NCBI GenBank assembly: GCA_031416315.1
Contig: JANOTL010000041.1
Span: forward strand, 1 to 29,547
Direction: 5' to 3'
From: Pseudomonadota bacterium
GTDB taxonomy: Bacteria; Bdellovibrionota_B; Oligoflexia; Oligoflexales; CAIYRB01
Length of the DNA stretch: 29,547 bases
In this document: positions 1-9,459 of the stretch, piece after piece
How positions within the stretch are numbered: position 1 is the stretch's first letter
Layout: each line of letters begins with the position of its first letter
Program-made: the position numbers and the translations under genes
Notes under the pieces: model-generated
What the model saw: only the letters and a program-made list of their open reading frames with translations
Database searches by the model: none
What the model was told of the DNA's origin: nothing

Positions 1-201
1 CCTTCGGCAGGTATAGAAGGCGTTCAACCTTCTGGTGGAGATGAGTCTGGCGAAAGCGGGCTCCGCCTCGTCGATGGCAAGAACAACTCCGGCCCCGTTC
101 AGGTGCGTCTGCCGAAACACCTGGCGAAGCTCGGGCTCGCGGGAGGCGACGTCTCGTCCGGGCCAGGCGGAACTTTCAAACTGGCTTGCAAGAAGAACTG
201 A
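1..201 (+). CDS. 3' end of a hypothetical protein (truncated by window start)
   Basis: Frame 1 is open from base 1 to TGA at 199-201 (...GPGGTFKLACKKN*), followed by a terminator hairpin. Not in the ORF track because it has no start in the window. Confidence 0.55.
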   Translation, partial: PSAGIEGVQPSGGDESGESGLRLVDGKNNSGPVQVRLPKHLAKLGLAGGDVSSGPGGTFKLACKKN

Positions 202-230
202 AGCAAGTCTCAGGGATCTCTTCCTGATTC

Positions 231-261
231 AAAAGGCCCCGCACGACGCGTGGGGCCTTTT
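231..261. terminator. Bidirectional intrinsic terminator
   Basis: AAAAGGCCCCGC-ACGACGC-GTGGGGCCTTTT: GC stem flanked by A4 and T4, between two convergent stops (201 and 268). Confidence 0.85.
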
Positions 262-267
262 CTACGC

Positions 268-2025
268 TCAGTTCCCGAGGACGACTTTTGCATACGGTGC
301 GAGCGCATAACTTGTCGTCGCTTCGCCGGCGACGCGCTGTGCGTTCTCCACGAACAACTCTCGCAGCCCGGTTCCGCACGTCTCGTCGGCGTGCTGCGAG
401 GGAACAGTGTAGGTCGCCGCCGCGCCAAAATTCGTCAATACTGTCAAACATTTGCCCCGGCCCGCGCGATCCGTATTCACCAAGGTCCAGCCGATGACGT
501 GTCCGTAAAGATCGTTTCTGACGACGAGCCGCGTCGCATTCGTCACTCCAAACTCTTTGCGCACCCGCGACAACGCGCGAATCAGATGCACCGCCGAGTT
601 CGCGCCGCCGTCGGCTTCCGCCGTCTCCAGGTTGCGCTCGCGATAGTTGTCGCTCAGGTCCGCTTTCGGCCGACGCCCGCCGGGAAAGCCGACGCTCTCG
701 TCGCGTCCGTGCCAAGGAAAAGCGTTGATCGTCCGCACCCACTCGCTGGGATCGGTGTCGGTCGGCCGCTTCACCTTGCCGTGCATGCCCAGCTCCTCGC
801 CGTAATAAATGAGCGGGCTCGCGGGCGTCAGCATGGTGAGAAAGTGCGCGTGACGCCACTTCGCGACGTCGTCGCCCCACTCCGACATCAAGCGCGTGAC
901 GTCGTGATTGCCGGAGAAGACGACGCGCTGCCCCGGCTTGATCACGTCCTGACGCGCCGCGAAGTGCGTCAGCACGCGCTTCAATTCTTCGCCGTAGTTG
1001 CTGGCGACGCTGCCGCGCACGGCCGACATGAACGGGAAATCCAGCGACTGATCGAGCGCCTGCGGGACCCGCGTCATGTAGGGCTCGAACTCGGCGTGCT
1101 CGGCCCAGATCTCGCCGAGGAAGCTCACGTCCGGGTTCACCCGCCGCGCCGCCGCGAGGAAGCGCGCCAAAAGCTCTTGATTACGCGGTTCTTGCGGGTC
1201 GTCGTTGCGGCGCTCGCCTTCGACGAAGTGCTTCGCCGCGTCGATACGGAAGCCGTCGACGCCGAGCGCCGCCCATTTCGTCAACGCGCGCTCCACGGCA
1301 GCGACGACCGGCTCGTTCCACCGGCGATCGGCGAAGTCGTAGAACTTCAAGTCCGGCATCACGCTGAAGAAGGTCGCGTAGACCTTGTCGGTGCGATGGT
1401 AGCGCGCGTCGAAGTCGGGGCGCGGAAACCAGACGGCGTTGCAGTCGGTCGTGCTCCACTTCCATGGCTTGTGCCAGAAACGGTACGGCTCCTCGCCACA
1501 AGGATTGGCAGCGAAGTAGAAGAAGTCGCAGAACTGGTGGTCCGGATCCGCCGGATCGTACGCGGGATCCCCGGCGAGACAGCGCTTCTGTGAACCGCGC
1601 ACGAACCACTGCGAGTCATAGGAGATGTGGTTGAAAGGCGCATCGAGCACGACCTTGATGTCGCGCGCATGCAGCGTCGCGATTAAGGCGCTTAGAGCTG
1701 CCTCGTCGCCGTAGGCGGTGTCTAAGCGCTCGTAGTCGCGCGGGATATAGCCCATGTCTCCGGTCGACGCGAAGATCGGCATCAGAAGAACGGCGCCGAC
1801 GCCCAAGTCCTCGAGATAGTCGACCTTCGCCGCAAGGCCGGCGAAGTCGCCCTCTTGATCCGGCACGGCCGATCCGTCGAAGAAGGCGCGCACGTAAGTT
1901 TGATAAAGAAGGCGCCCTGGCTCTTCGGAGAGCGGCAGGGCGCGCGCTGACGTTGTGAACGACGCCGCGGCGCCGAGCCCCGCAGCGAACGTTGCGAGGG
2001 CGAGCGCGCCGCGGGCGTTCTTCAT
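268..2025 (-). CDS. Secreted GH13 alpha-amylase family glycoside hydrolase
   Basis: GH13 motifs: GDFAGL, VVLDAPFNH, MPDL, GFRIDAAKH (nucleophile Asp), LGEIW (acid/base Glu), SGNHD, IYYGEELGM. N-terminal signal peptide MKNARGALALATFAAG...SARA. Start moved to ATG 2025, 4 nt after the aldolase stop. Confidence 0.92.
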   Translation of the reverse strand: MKNARGALALATFAAGLGAAASFTTSARALPLSEEPGRLLYQTYVRAFFDGSAVPDQEGDFAGLAAKVDYLEDLGVGAVLLMPIFASTGDMGYIPRDYERLDTAYGDEAALSALIATLHARDIKVVLDAPFNHISYDSQWFVRGSQKRCLAGDPAYDPADPDHQFCDFFYFAANPCGEEPYRFWHKPWKWSTTDCNAVWFPRPDFDARYHRTDKVYATFFSVMPDLKFYDFADRRWNEPVVAAVERALTKWAALGVDGFRIDAAKHFVEGERRNDDPQEPRNQELLARFLAAARRVNPDVSFLGEIWAEHAEFEPYMTRVPQALDQSLDFPFMSAVRGSVASNYGEELKRVLTHFAARQDVIKPGQRVVFSGNHDVTRLMSEWGDDVAKWRHAHFLTMLTPASPLIYYGEELGMHGKVKRPTDTDPSEWVRTINAFPWHGRDESVGFPGGRRPKADLSDNYRERNLETAEADGGANSAVHLIRALSRVRKEFGVTNATRLVVRNDLYGHVIGWTLVNTDRAGRGKCLTVLTNFGAAATYTVPSQHADETCGTGLRELFVENAQRVAGEATTSYALAPYAKVVLGN

Positions 2026-2029
2026 GGAA

Positions 2030-3052
2030 TCAGGCGTCCTTTTCCATCGTCGGAGAGTACTTGCCATGACAGGCCGCGCTGTTCAGCCGCGCGCGCTTGG
2101 CGAAGGCTTTGCGGCCCGCGGCCATGTTGGCGGCCTTGCCGCCCCAAGACTGAAGCGCCGCGAACTGGAGCGCGCGGCCGTAAGAGAAGCTGATCTTCCA
2201 AGGGTGCTTCGCTTCCCCGGCGTTCATCAAGGAAAGGTGCTCGGTGGCGAGCTCGTCCGACTGGCCGCCGGAAAGGAAGACGATGCCCGGGACCGCGGCC
2301 GGAACCGTGCGATAGAAGAGCTTCAGCGTCTCCGCCGCGACGGTTTTCGCATCGGCCTGCTTCGAGGCCTCTTTGCCGGAGATGACCATGTTCGGTTTGA
2401 GGAGCATGTGCTCGAGCTTCACGCCCTGGGCGTAAAGGTGGCGGAAGGTCGTCTCGAGCGTCCGCTCGGTCACTTCGTAGCAGCGCTCGATCGAGTGCTT
2501 GCCGTCCATGATCACCTCCGGCTCGACGATCGGTACGACGTTCTGCTCTTGGCAGATCGCGGCGTAACGCGCGAGCGCGTGCGCGTTGAGATCGAGGCAG
2601 CGCTCAGTCGGGAGGCCGTCGGCGATGTTGATCACCGCGCGCCATTTCGCGAAACGGGCGCCGAGCTTGTAGTACTCCGCCATGCGCTGGCGCAGGCCGT
2701 CCAAGCCTTCCGTCGTCTTCTCGCCGGGCGAGAACGGAATGTCGACCGGGCCGGCGTCGACCTTGATGCCCGGGATGATGCCCTTTTTCTGCAGGAGCTG
2801 GACGAAGGGCGTGCCGTCGGACGCCTTCTGCTTGATCGTCTCGTCGAAGAGGATGACGCCCGAGATGTACTCGGCGGCGCCTTCGGTGGTGAAGAACATC
2901 TCGCGGTAGTCGCGGCGCGCGGTCTCGCTGTTCTCGAGGCCGATGATCTTGAAGCGCTTCTCGATCGAGCCGTGGCTTTCGTCGGCGGCGAGGATGCCCT
3001 TGCCGGGCGCGACCAGGGCCTGGGCGACGGCTGCCATATCCATAGAGCTCAT
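2030..3052 (-). CDS. Class I (Schiff-base) fructose-bisphosphate aldolase
   Basis: GKGILAADES, GIIPGIKVD, GARFAKWRAV, VPIVEPEV, LLKPNMV (Schiff-base Lys), FLSGGQS, SFSYGRALQ. SD AAGGA upstream. Confidence 0.97.
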   Translation of the reverse strand: MSSMDMAAVAQALVAPGKGILAADESHGSIEKRFKIIGLENSETARRDYREMFFTTEGAAEYISGVILFDETIKQKASDGTPFVQLLQKKGIIPGIKVDAGPVDIPFSPGEKTTEGLDGLRQRMAEYYKLGARFAKWRAVINIADGLPTERCLDLNAHALARYAAICQEQNVVPIVEPEVIMDGKHSIERCYEVTERTLETTFRHLYAQGVKLEHMLLKPNMVISGKEASKQADAKTVAAETLKLFYRTVPAAVPGIVFLSGGQSDELATEHLSLMNAGEAKHPWKISFSYGRALQFAALQSWGGKAANMAAGRKAFAKRARLNSAACHGKYSPTMEKDA

Positions 3053-3102
3053 GGGGGTCCTTCCTTTAAGGTGCGACGCTTCCTCGATACCGCCGCCCCA
3101 CC

Positions 3103-3143
3103 AAAAAGGAAAGGCCCGATTCGCCTTGCGGGAATCGGGCCTT
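3103..3143 (-). terminator. Intrinsic terminator downstream of pilin
   Basis: 12-bp stem AAGGCCCGATTC (3111-3122) / GAATCGGGCCTT (3132-3143), followed by TCCTTTTT on the minus strand. Confidence 0.8.
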
Positions 3144-3171
3144 GCGCCAAGAAAATCGGCTCAGAAAGAGC

Positions 3172-3648
3172 TTACTTGCAGGTCGCTACCGAATCATTGA
3201 CGGCAGCGAGGTCCTTGGTCTGGTTCATCGACCATTCGTCTTGAGCGTCGCAGCCCGGGACGATCTTCTTCGCCGGCGCTTTCGCGCGCGCGTCGAAATC
3301 GTCGTCGGCGGTCATCGTCGCCCAGTAGCCGTACCGCACCTTGGCGCACGGCTGCGGGTTGAAGCCGATGGGGTTCTCCTTCTCGCAGTTGGCTTTGGTA
3401 GGACCGGGACCGATGGTGTCTCCGGCGGCGCGGACGGGAGAGTACTTGTCGTTGTCGCCGAAGTAGGACTGCTGCAGCGTGTAGATGTGGGAGAGGTTGT
3501 TCTTCGCCTCGGACTGCCGCGCCTTCGCTTGGAAAGACTGGAAGCGCGGGACGGCGAGCGCCGCGAGCACCCCAATGATCGCGACGACGATCATCAGCTC
3601 GACGAGGCTAAAGCCTTTGGAACCCAGGATATGCTTGCGAAAGCTCAT
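3172..3648 (-). CDS. Type IVa pilin (PilA-like)
   Basis: Class III signal MSFRKHILGSKG|FSLVELMIVVAIIGVLAALAVP with Glu5, then KARQSEAKNNL helix. Four Cys in the globular domain. SD AGGAG before ATG 3648. Confidence 0.93.
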   Translation of the reverse strand: MSFRKHILGSKGFSLVELMIVVAIIGVLAALAVPRFQSFQAKARQSEAKNNLSHIYTLQQSYFGDNDKYSPVRAAGDTIGPGPTKANCEKENPIGFNPQPCAKVRYGYWATMTADDDFDARAKAPAKKIVPGCDAQDEWSMNQTKDLAAVNDSVATCK

Positions 3649-3677
3649 GACGACTCCTAATGCGCGAATCACTCTCC

Positions 3678-3705
3678 GTCTCGGACGCCTGGGCCCGGGA
3701 CTTTA
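3678..3705 (-). promoter_or_regulatory. Possible sigma28 (FliA)-type promoter for pilin
   Basis: Minus strand TAAA-N16-TCCGAGAC versus consensus TAAA-N15-GCCGATAA. Spacing is one base long and the -10 has 3 mismatches. Confidence 0.45.
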
Positions 3706-3775
3706 GTTCGGCATGCGGAGTCGCCGCAGAGGCGGAGAACCTGTTGTGGTTTCGGGTGATTACAATTGACGAAAG

Positions 3776-5797
3776 CTAGCCCTGGGGCGCTTTTTCCAGG
3801 CGGTAGGGCGCCGAGAGGATCGGAAAACGGCACCAGGTCTTCGGATCGAGCGAGAGGTCATCGACGTGGAAGGCTGGGGCCAGACGCTCCCTTTTCCATT
3901 GGCTTCTCGCCCAGAGGGTGAAGAAGCGATCGAGGTGGCCCGCCAAGGTTGCGGCCGGAGTCTCCGGGAAGTCAAAGCTCAGGCTCTGCAAGATATCCTC
4001 GGGGCCAAGGCGGTCGCGGACCATGTAGCGCTCGATGCGCTCCAGAACGTCGTAAGGCATGAGATCGGCCTCGTCGGTCTGCGCAGCTTTGCCTTCTGTC
4101 TGGGGACGGAGCTCTGCCGTTGGCTCCTGCACGTTCACGGCCGCGAGGGCGGCGAGGGGGCCGAGGCCGAGGCTGCAGCGCTTCTCCGCCCAGACGAGCC
4201 AGGCACGCAGAAAGTGCTTGTCGATGCCGCCGAGCGGCGCGAGCCCGCCGGCGGTGTCGCCGTCCATCGTCGCGTAGCCGACGGCGGCCTCGCTACGGTT
4301 GCCGGTCGTGAGCAAGAGGAAATTCGCCGCGTTGGCGATGAGCCAGGGCAAGGGCGCGCGCGTGCGCGCCTGGATGTTCTGCAGGGGAAAGTCGTCTTCG
4401 ACCCAGGACAGGGGGCGGCCCAAGATGGCGGCGGCACGCTCACGATAGCCTTCGGCGAGCGGCTCGACGTCGCTGACGTGGAAATTCGCGCCGATCGCGG
4501 CCGCGACGGCGCGCGCCGCGCTCTCCGTGACGGCGCCGCTGTTCGCGGTCTTTTGATAGAGACAGGTCAGGCGCGCCGCGATCAAAGCCTTCGGTTCGGT
4601 GAGCGTCAGCTGTGGTGCGTAGCCAAGGCGCTCGAGCAAAAGGTCGCGACCGAGCTCCTTCCAGGCCTCTGCGAGCATGTGCGCGACGAGGACGGCGCAG
4701 GCGGCCGAGTCGACGCCGCCCGACAAGGAGACGACGAAGCCGGCCGAGCGGGTCTTCCGCAAGTAGTCGAAGAGGCCGAGCATCTCGGCGGCGAGAAACT
4801 CCTCCTCGCGCGAATGCGGCACGTAGGTCGTCGCCTTCGTGCCGCGCAGCGTCTTCTCGATCTTCGGCAGGGCGGGGCGCGCGGCGCGCGCGACCTCGCG
4901 CGGATCGGCCGCGGCGACCTCCGGGGAGCGTAGAAAGTCGGGGCCGCCGAGCAGCTCGGGCGTGGGCTCGCGGACGGGCTTGCCCTTCAGCTTCGCCATA
5001 CGGGCGGCGTCCGGGTTCAAGTCGCGGATGGTGAGCTCGCCGTCGCCGAAGCCGAAGCGTCGGCCCCGTGCGACGATCTCGCCGCCTTCGGCGAAGAGGA
5101 CGCCGCCGTCGAAGATGGTGCGGCCCGACTCGCAGCCGACCAGGTTCGTGTAGACGTAGCCGACCTGCATCGCGCGGCTGCTGTTGGCGACGAGATACTC
5201 GCGCTTCGCGTACTTACCCAGCGCGAAGTGCGAGGCGCTCGGGTTTAGGATCAAGTCGACGGCGTCGGCATGCGCGGCGGACGCGGGGACCGAGTCCCAA
5301 GCCTCCTCGCAGATCTCGACGGCGACGCCGACGTTGCCCAGGCGGTAACGCACGTCGCCAAGCGGCACACGGTGCGCGCCGATGCGGGTCTCGACGATTT
5401 TGCCGAAGGGCCAGGGGCGGAACCAGCGCGGCTCGTAGTGCACGCCTTCGCGCGGAAGGACGCGTTTCGCGTTGACGCCCAAGATTTTGCCGTCCTGGAC
5501 GACGGCGGCGCAGTTGTACATCGCGCCGTAGTAGAAGTGCGGGAGCCCGATCACTACGGTGAGCCCGCGCGTGTGCGGCAAGAGTGAGAGCAGGGTTTCT
5601 TCGGCGCGCTTGACGGTGTAGAGGCTGAAGAACGCGTCCTCGCAACCGTAGCCGGTGATCGCGAGCTCCGGCAAGCAGAGGAGCTCGACGCCCTCGCGGC
5701 GCGCCTCCTCGAGGAGGCGCTGGATGCGCGTGGCATTGCCGTGGAAATCGAGCGGCGTTTGGTTGAGCGTAGCGCCTGCGACGCGAAGGAGGTCCAT
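3776..5797 (-). CDS. nadE: Glutamine-dependent NAD+ synthetase
   Basis: N-terminal nitrilase domain (PELAITGYGCED, KRVLP, EICEE triad) fused to synthetase domain (LSGGVDS, QNIQARTR, TGNRSEAAVGYATMDGD, PTAEL, QTDEADLMPY, SQWKR). Start at ATG 5797. Confidence 0.96.
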   Translation of the reverse strand: MDLLRVAGATLNQTPLDFHGNATRIQRLLEEARREGVELLCLPELAITGYGCEDAFFSLYTVKRAEETLLSLLPHTRGLTVVIGLPHFYYGAMYNCAAVVQDGKILGVNAKRVLPREGVHYEPRWFRPWPFGKIVETRIGAHRVPLGDVRYRLGNVGVAVEICEEAWDSVPASAAHADAVDLILNPSASHFALGKYAKREYLVANSSRAMQVGYVYTNLVGCESGRTIFDGGVLFAEGGEIVARGRRFGFGDGELTIRDLNPDAARMAKLKGKPVREPTPELLGGPDFLRSPEVAAADPREVARAARPALPKIEKTLRGTKATTYVPHSREEEFLAAEMLGLFDYLRKTRSAGFVVSLSGGVDSAACAVLVAHMLAEAWKELGRDLLLERLGYAPQLTLTEPKALIAARLTCLYQKTANSGAVTESAARAVAAAIGANFHVSDVEPLAEGYRERAAAILGRPLSWVEDDFPLQNIQARTRAPLPWLIANAANFLLLTTGNRSEAAVGYATMDGDTAGGLAPLGGIDKHFLRAWLVWAEKRCSLGLGPLAALAAVNVQEPTAELRPQTEGKAAQTDEADLMPYDVLERIERYMVRDRLGPEDILQSLSFDFPETPAATLAGHLDRFFTLWARSQWKRERLAPAFHVDDLSLDPKTWCRFPILSAPYRLEKAPQG

Positions 5798-5880
5798 GGT
5801 GGACGAGATTGCTCCTTCCCGAGGAGCCGCGCAATGGGATCTTAACGAATGAGCGGCCGGCGGAAAGATGGAATTAGGTT

Positions 5881-7530
5881 TTAGTTTCCGATGGTTTCGC
5901 CGCGACTGCGGGCGGCGCCCTCCGCCGTCCACGACCAGCTCAGGCCGAGGTCTGCCGACCTGATCGCCGCTTCGCCGTCGAGGTCGGCCAGGGTGCGCGC
6001 GACCCTTAGCGAGCGGATCACCGAGCGCCGGCTCGCGGACTTCGGGAAGCTCTCGTTCACCAAAGTCTCAAAGCGCGAGGGCGAAAGCCCCGAGACGGAG
6101 ACGAGATGCTCGGCCGTCAAATCGCGATTGTAGCGCGCGCCGACAGCCTCGTTTCGCGCCGCGCCGTAGGCCCGGGCCGAGGCCACGGCCGCTGCGAGGC
6201 GGTGCGTGCGACCCTCCGACCGCGCGGGGTCGTGAAGCTTCAGAAAGAGGTCTGCCGTAGCCTCGCTCGTCTCCGGCATGTTGAAATGGACGTCGATCCG
6301 ATCGAGGATGGGCCCGGAAAGGCGCTGCCGATAAGCTAAGAGGCGAGTGTAGACGCAGCTGCAAGTTTTGCGCACGCTGCCGAACCAGCCGCACGGGCAG
6401 TTGTTGCAAGCTGCGATCAAGATCGACCGCGCCCGCCAGAGGACCTTGCGCCGTGAGCGCGAGACTCGCACCTCGCCCGTCTCCAAGGGCTCGCGCAGGC
6501 TCTCCAGGAGGTCGCGGCGAAACTCGGGCAGCTCGTCGAGAAACAGGATCCCGCCGTGCGCCAGCGCGATCTCTCCGGGATGTTCCGGGGTGCCGAGGAT
6601 GGCGGCCGCGCTCGCCTGATGGTGCGGCGCGCGAAACGGCGGTCGCCCCGCGAGCAGGCCGGCCGGGAGCCGCTCCGCCGCGACGCTATAGATCCGCATC
6701 GCCTCGACGTGCTCTTGCGAGCCGAGGCGCGGCAGGAGGCTCGCGAGCCGCGCCGAGAACATCGACTTTCCCGTCCCGGGTGCGCCGCGCAAAAGGATGC
6801 TGTGCATCCCGGCCGCGACGACCAAGGCCGCGCGCTCAAGGGTCGGCTCCAGGATCATGTCATCGAAGTCGGGGAAGTCGGACCCCTCCGCCGCCGGTCG
6901 GCGTCGGAAGTCGGGCTCCTTCAGGCTCTGGGCGCCGTCCAAGTCGCCCTCGTAGAGCCAGGCGAGGACCGACTTCAAGGACTCGAAGCCCAAGACCTGC
7001 ATCCGCTTCGTGCGACCGCCGTCGACCGCGGCGAGGACGCTGACCTCGCTTAAATTTTCCGCGGCGATCACGAGGCCGTCGAGGCCGGCGGCCAGGGCCG
7101 CGAGCGCAAAAGACACGACGCCGCGCACCGGCCGCAGCTCGCCGCCCAGGCCCAACTCGGCGGCGAAGAGCCAGCGCTCGGGGCGGACGTGCGGCTCCCG
7201 CCCCTCCGCTAGGAGGAGGGCCAAGCTGACCGCGACCGGTAGATCCAACTGGCTGCCGTCCTTCTTCACGTCGGCCGGCGTCAAGCTGACCACCAGCCGG
7301 CGCGCCGGAAGATGGAGCCCCAGGCTCTCCAGCGCCGCGCGCACCCGCTCCTTCCCGTCCCGCGACACGTCCAGGGCGTTGCCGATCACCTGCATCCCGG
7401 CGAAGCCACGCACGAATCCGCATTCGATGCGCAGAAGGGCCGTGTCCATGGCGTCGCAGGCAGCGGTGTGGACCGCGGTCGGCGCTCCTTCCCAAAGGGT
7501 TTCCACGGTCTCGGGCGCGGTTTGGCTCAT
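5881..7530 (-). CDS. comM: YifB/ComM family Mg-chelatase-like AAA+ ATPase
   Basis: Lon-like N-domain (SLTPADVKKDGSQLDLPVA, ELGLGGELRPVRG), Walker A GAPGTGKS, PFRAPHH, Walker B LFLDELPEF, CPCG...CSC, LSGPILDRID, VARTLADL. SD GAGGAG before ATG 7530. Confidence 0.92.
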   Translation of the reverse strand: MSQTAPETVETLWEGAPTAVHTAACDAMDTALLRIECGFVRGFAGMQVIGNALDVSRDGKERVRAALESLGLHLPARRLVVSLTPADVKKDGSQLDLPVAVSLALLLAEGREPHVRPERWLFAAELGLGGELRPVRGVVSFALAALAAGLDGLVIAAENLSEVSVLAAVDGGRTKRMQVLGFESLKSVLAWLYEGDLDGAQSLKEPDFRRRPAAEGSDFPDFDDMILEPTLERAALVVAAGMHSILLRGAPGTGKSMFSARLASLLPRLGSQEHVEAMRIYSVAAERLPAGLLAGRPPFRAPHHQASAAAILGTPEHPGEIALAHGGILFLDELPEFRRDLLESLREPLETGEVRVSRSRRKVLWRARSILIAACNNCPCGWFGSVRKTCSCVYTRLLAYRQRLSGPILDRIDVHFNMPETSEATADLFLKLHDPARSEGRTHRLAAAVASARAYGAARNEAVGARYNRDLTAEHLVSVSGLSPSRFETLVNESFPKSASRRSVIRSLRVARTLADLDGEAAIRSADLGLSWSWTAEGAARSRGETIGN

Positions 7531-7662
7531 CGCATTCTCCTCGGTGAGCGACGAAGCTACCGGCAGCCGCGAAGCCCAGGGAAGTGACATCACATGTCCG
7601 AGCGCCTGCCGGAGCTCTGTGCTAAAACCACCTCTCGACTGCGAGCCGAGGACCCCTTCGCG

Positions 7663-9459
7663 ATGTCACAGGTCACCGCCCACTACCGTCTCGACCCCTG
7701 CCGGAAGGCGCTCGGGGACGCCATCCACGCCGAGCTCGCCCGCCTCCTGCCGGAGGGCGGAACTTTGGCCCTCGGCGCCGCCGAGATCGCGCGGCTGCTC
7801 GAGCAGCCACCGGAGACGAAGCTCGGCGACTATGCGCTCCCGTGCTTTCGCTTCGCCAAGGACCTGAAGAAGAAGCCGCCGGAGGTCGCCTTCGCCCTGG
7901 CGACGGCCCTGCGCATGCAGCCTTTGGTGGAGAAGGCGGAGGTCGCGAACGCTTTCCTCAACGTCTTCGTCGACAAGAAGACGATGGCCGCGGAGTCCTT
8001 GCCGAAGATCCTAGACGGCAGCTACTTCAGGGACCTCGCCGCCGGCAACGCCCACGCCGGGCGCCGCGTCATGATCGAGTACTCGCAGCCGAACACGCAC
8101 AAAGAGTTCCACGTCGGCCACGGCCGCAACGTCCTCCTCGGCAACGCGGTCGTGCGTCTCTACCGCTACGCAGGCTACGACGTGGTCGGCGCGAACTATT
8201 TCGGCGACGACGGCACGCACATCTCGACCGTCCTCTGGTACATGACGAAGGAGAAGCTCGAGGCCCCGGCCACCGACCGTGGCGAATGGCTCGGCAGCGT
8301 CTACGTGCGCTCGAAGCGGGCCCTCTCTGAGGCGACCGACGAGGTCCGAAAGACCTACCAAGCGGAGATCTCCGCGGTCCACCGCCAGATCGAAACCCAG
8401 CAGGGCGAGGTCTACGAGCTCTGGAAGAAGACCCGCCAGTGGTCCCTCGACGACTTCGCCGCGATCTATAAGTGGCTCGACGTCTCCTTCGACGTTCTCT
8501 TCTACGAGTCCGAGGAGACCGAAGAAGCGCAAAAAATTGTCGACGAGTTCCTGGCCAAAGGCGTCTTCGTTCTCGACGACGGCGCGGTCGGCGTCGACCT
8601 GAAGCCCCATAAGCTCGGCTTCTGCATCCTTCGAAAACGCGACGGAAACACCCTCTACGCGACCAAGGACCTGTCCCTCGCCCGCAAGAAGTTCGATCGC
8701 CACAAGGTCGCGCGCTCCGTCTACGTCGTCGGCGACGAGCAGAACCACCACTTCAAGCAAGTGTTCAAGGTGCTCGAGCTCATGGGCTTCGAGCAAGCGA
8801 AGCAGTGCCATCACCTGAGCTACGGCATGGTCGTCCTGCCGGAAGGCAAGATGTCGTCGCGCGACGGGACGAGCGTCCCCTTCATGCGCCTGCGCGACGC
8901 GATGACGGTCGAGCTCGACAAGATCTTGGCCAAATATGCGGCCGAATGGTCTCCCGCGGAGATCGCCGACGCGGCGCATCGCCTCTGCGACGGTGCCATC
9001 AAGTACGGCATGGTCGCGACCGACCCTTCGAAGGAGATCGTCTTCGACGTCGCCGATTGGCTTAGCTTCGACGGCAACTCCGGCCCGTACCTCATGTACA
9101 GTTATGCGCGCACCGCCTCGATCCTGCGGAAGGCGAGCGAGCAAGGCGCGCGGCCGGTCAAACCGAGCGCGGCGAAGTTCGAGCTGCTCACCCACCCCGC
9201 CGAGCACGAGCTCGTACGCTACCTCTACGACTTCAACCAAGTCGCGGCCGCGGCCGCGGAGCTCTACAAGCCGAGCCTCGTCGCCTCGCACCTCTTTTAT
9301 GCATGCAAGTCCTTCAACCGCTTCTATGCCGAAGTGCCTGTGCTGAAGACCGAAGATGCCGCGCTGCGCGACGCGCGGCTCGGGCTGACCGAGGCTTTCA
9401 ACAAGACCTTGGCGCAAGGGCTAGGCCTTCTCGGCATCCGCCCGCCGGAAAGAATGTGA
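7663..9459 (+). CDS. argS: Arginyl-tRNA synthetase
   Basis: GDYALPCF, EYSQPNTHKEFHVGHGRN (HIGH), DGNTLYATKDL, GKMSSRDG, GNSGPYLMYSYARTASIL, C-terminal LLGIRPPERM. Confidence 0.97.
   Translation: MSQVTAHYRLDPCRKALGDAIHAELARLLPEGGTLALGAAEIARLLEQPPETKLGDYALPCFRFAKDLKKKPPEVAFALATALRMQPLVEKAEVANAFLNVFVDKKTMAAESLPKILDGSYFRDLAAGNAHAGRRVMIEYSQPNTHKEFHVGHGRNVLLGNAVVRLYRYAGYDVVGANYFGDDGTHISTVLWYMTKEKLEAPATDRGEWLGSVYVRSKRALSEATDEVRKTYQAEISAVHRQIETQQGEVYELWKKTRQWSLDDFAAIYKWLDVSFDVLFYESEETEEAQKIVDEFLAKGVFVLDDGAVGVDLKPHKLGFCILRKRDGNTLYATKDLSLARKKFDRHKVARSVYVVGDEQNHHFKQVFKVLELMGFEQAKQCHHLSYGMVVLPEGKMSSRDGTSVPFMRLRDAMTVELDKILAKYAAEWSPAEIADAAHRLCDGAIKYGMVATDPSKEIVFDVADWLSFDGNSGPYLMYSYARTASILRKASEQGARPVKPSAAKFELLTHPAEHELVRYLYDFNQVAAAAAELYKPSLVASHLFYACKSFNRFYAEVPVLKTEDAALRDARLGLTEAFNKTLAQGLGLLGIRPPERM

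Noticed and set aside
3172..7530. Pilin plus ComM as a competence operon
   Set aside because: They are separated by nadE, the pilin seems to have its own promoter, and no comEC, dprA or pil machinery is in the window.
5881..7530. Magnesium chelatase / photosynthesis gene
   Set aside because: The Lon-like N-domain and Cys cluster identify the YifB/ComM family, not ChlI/BchI.
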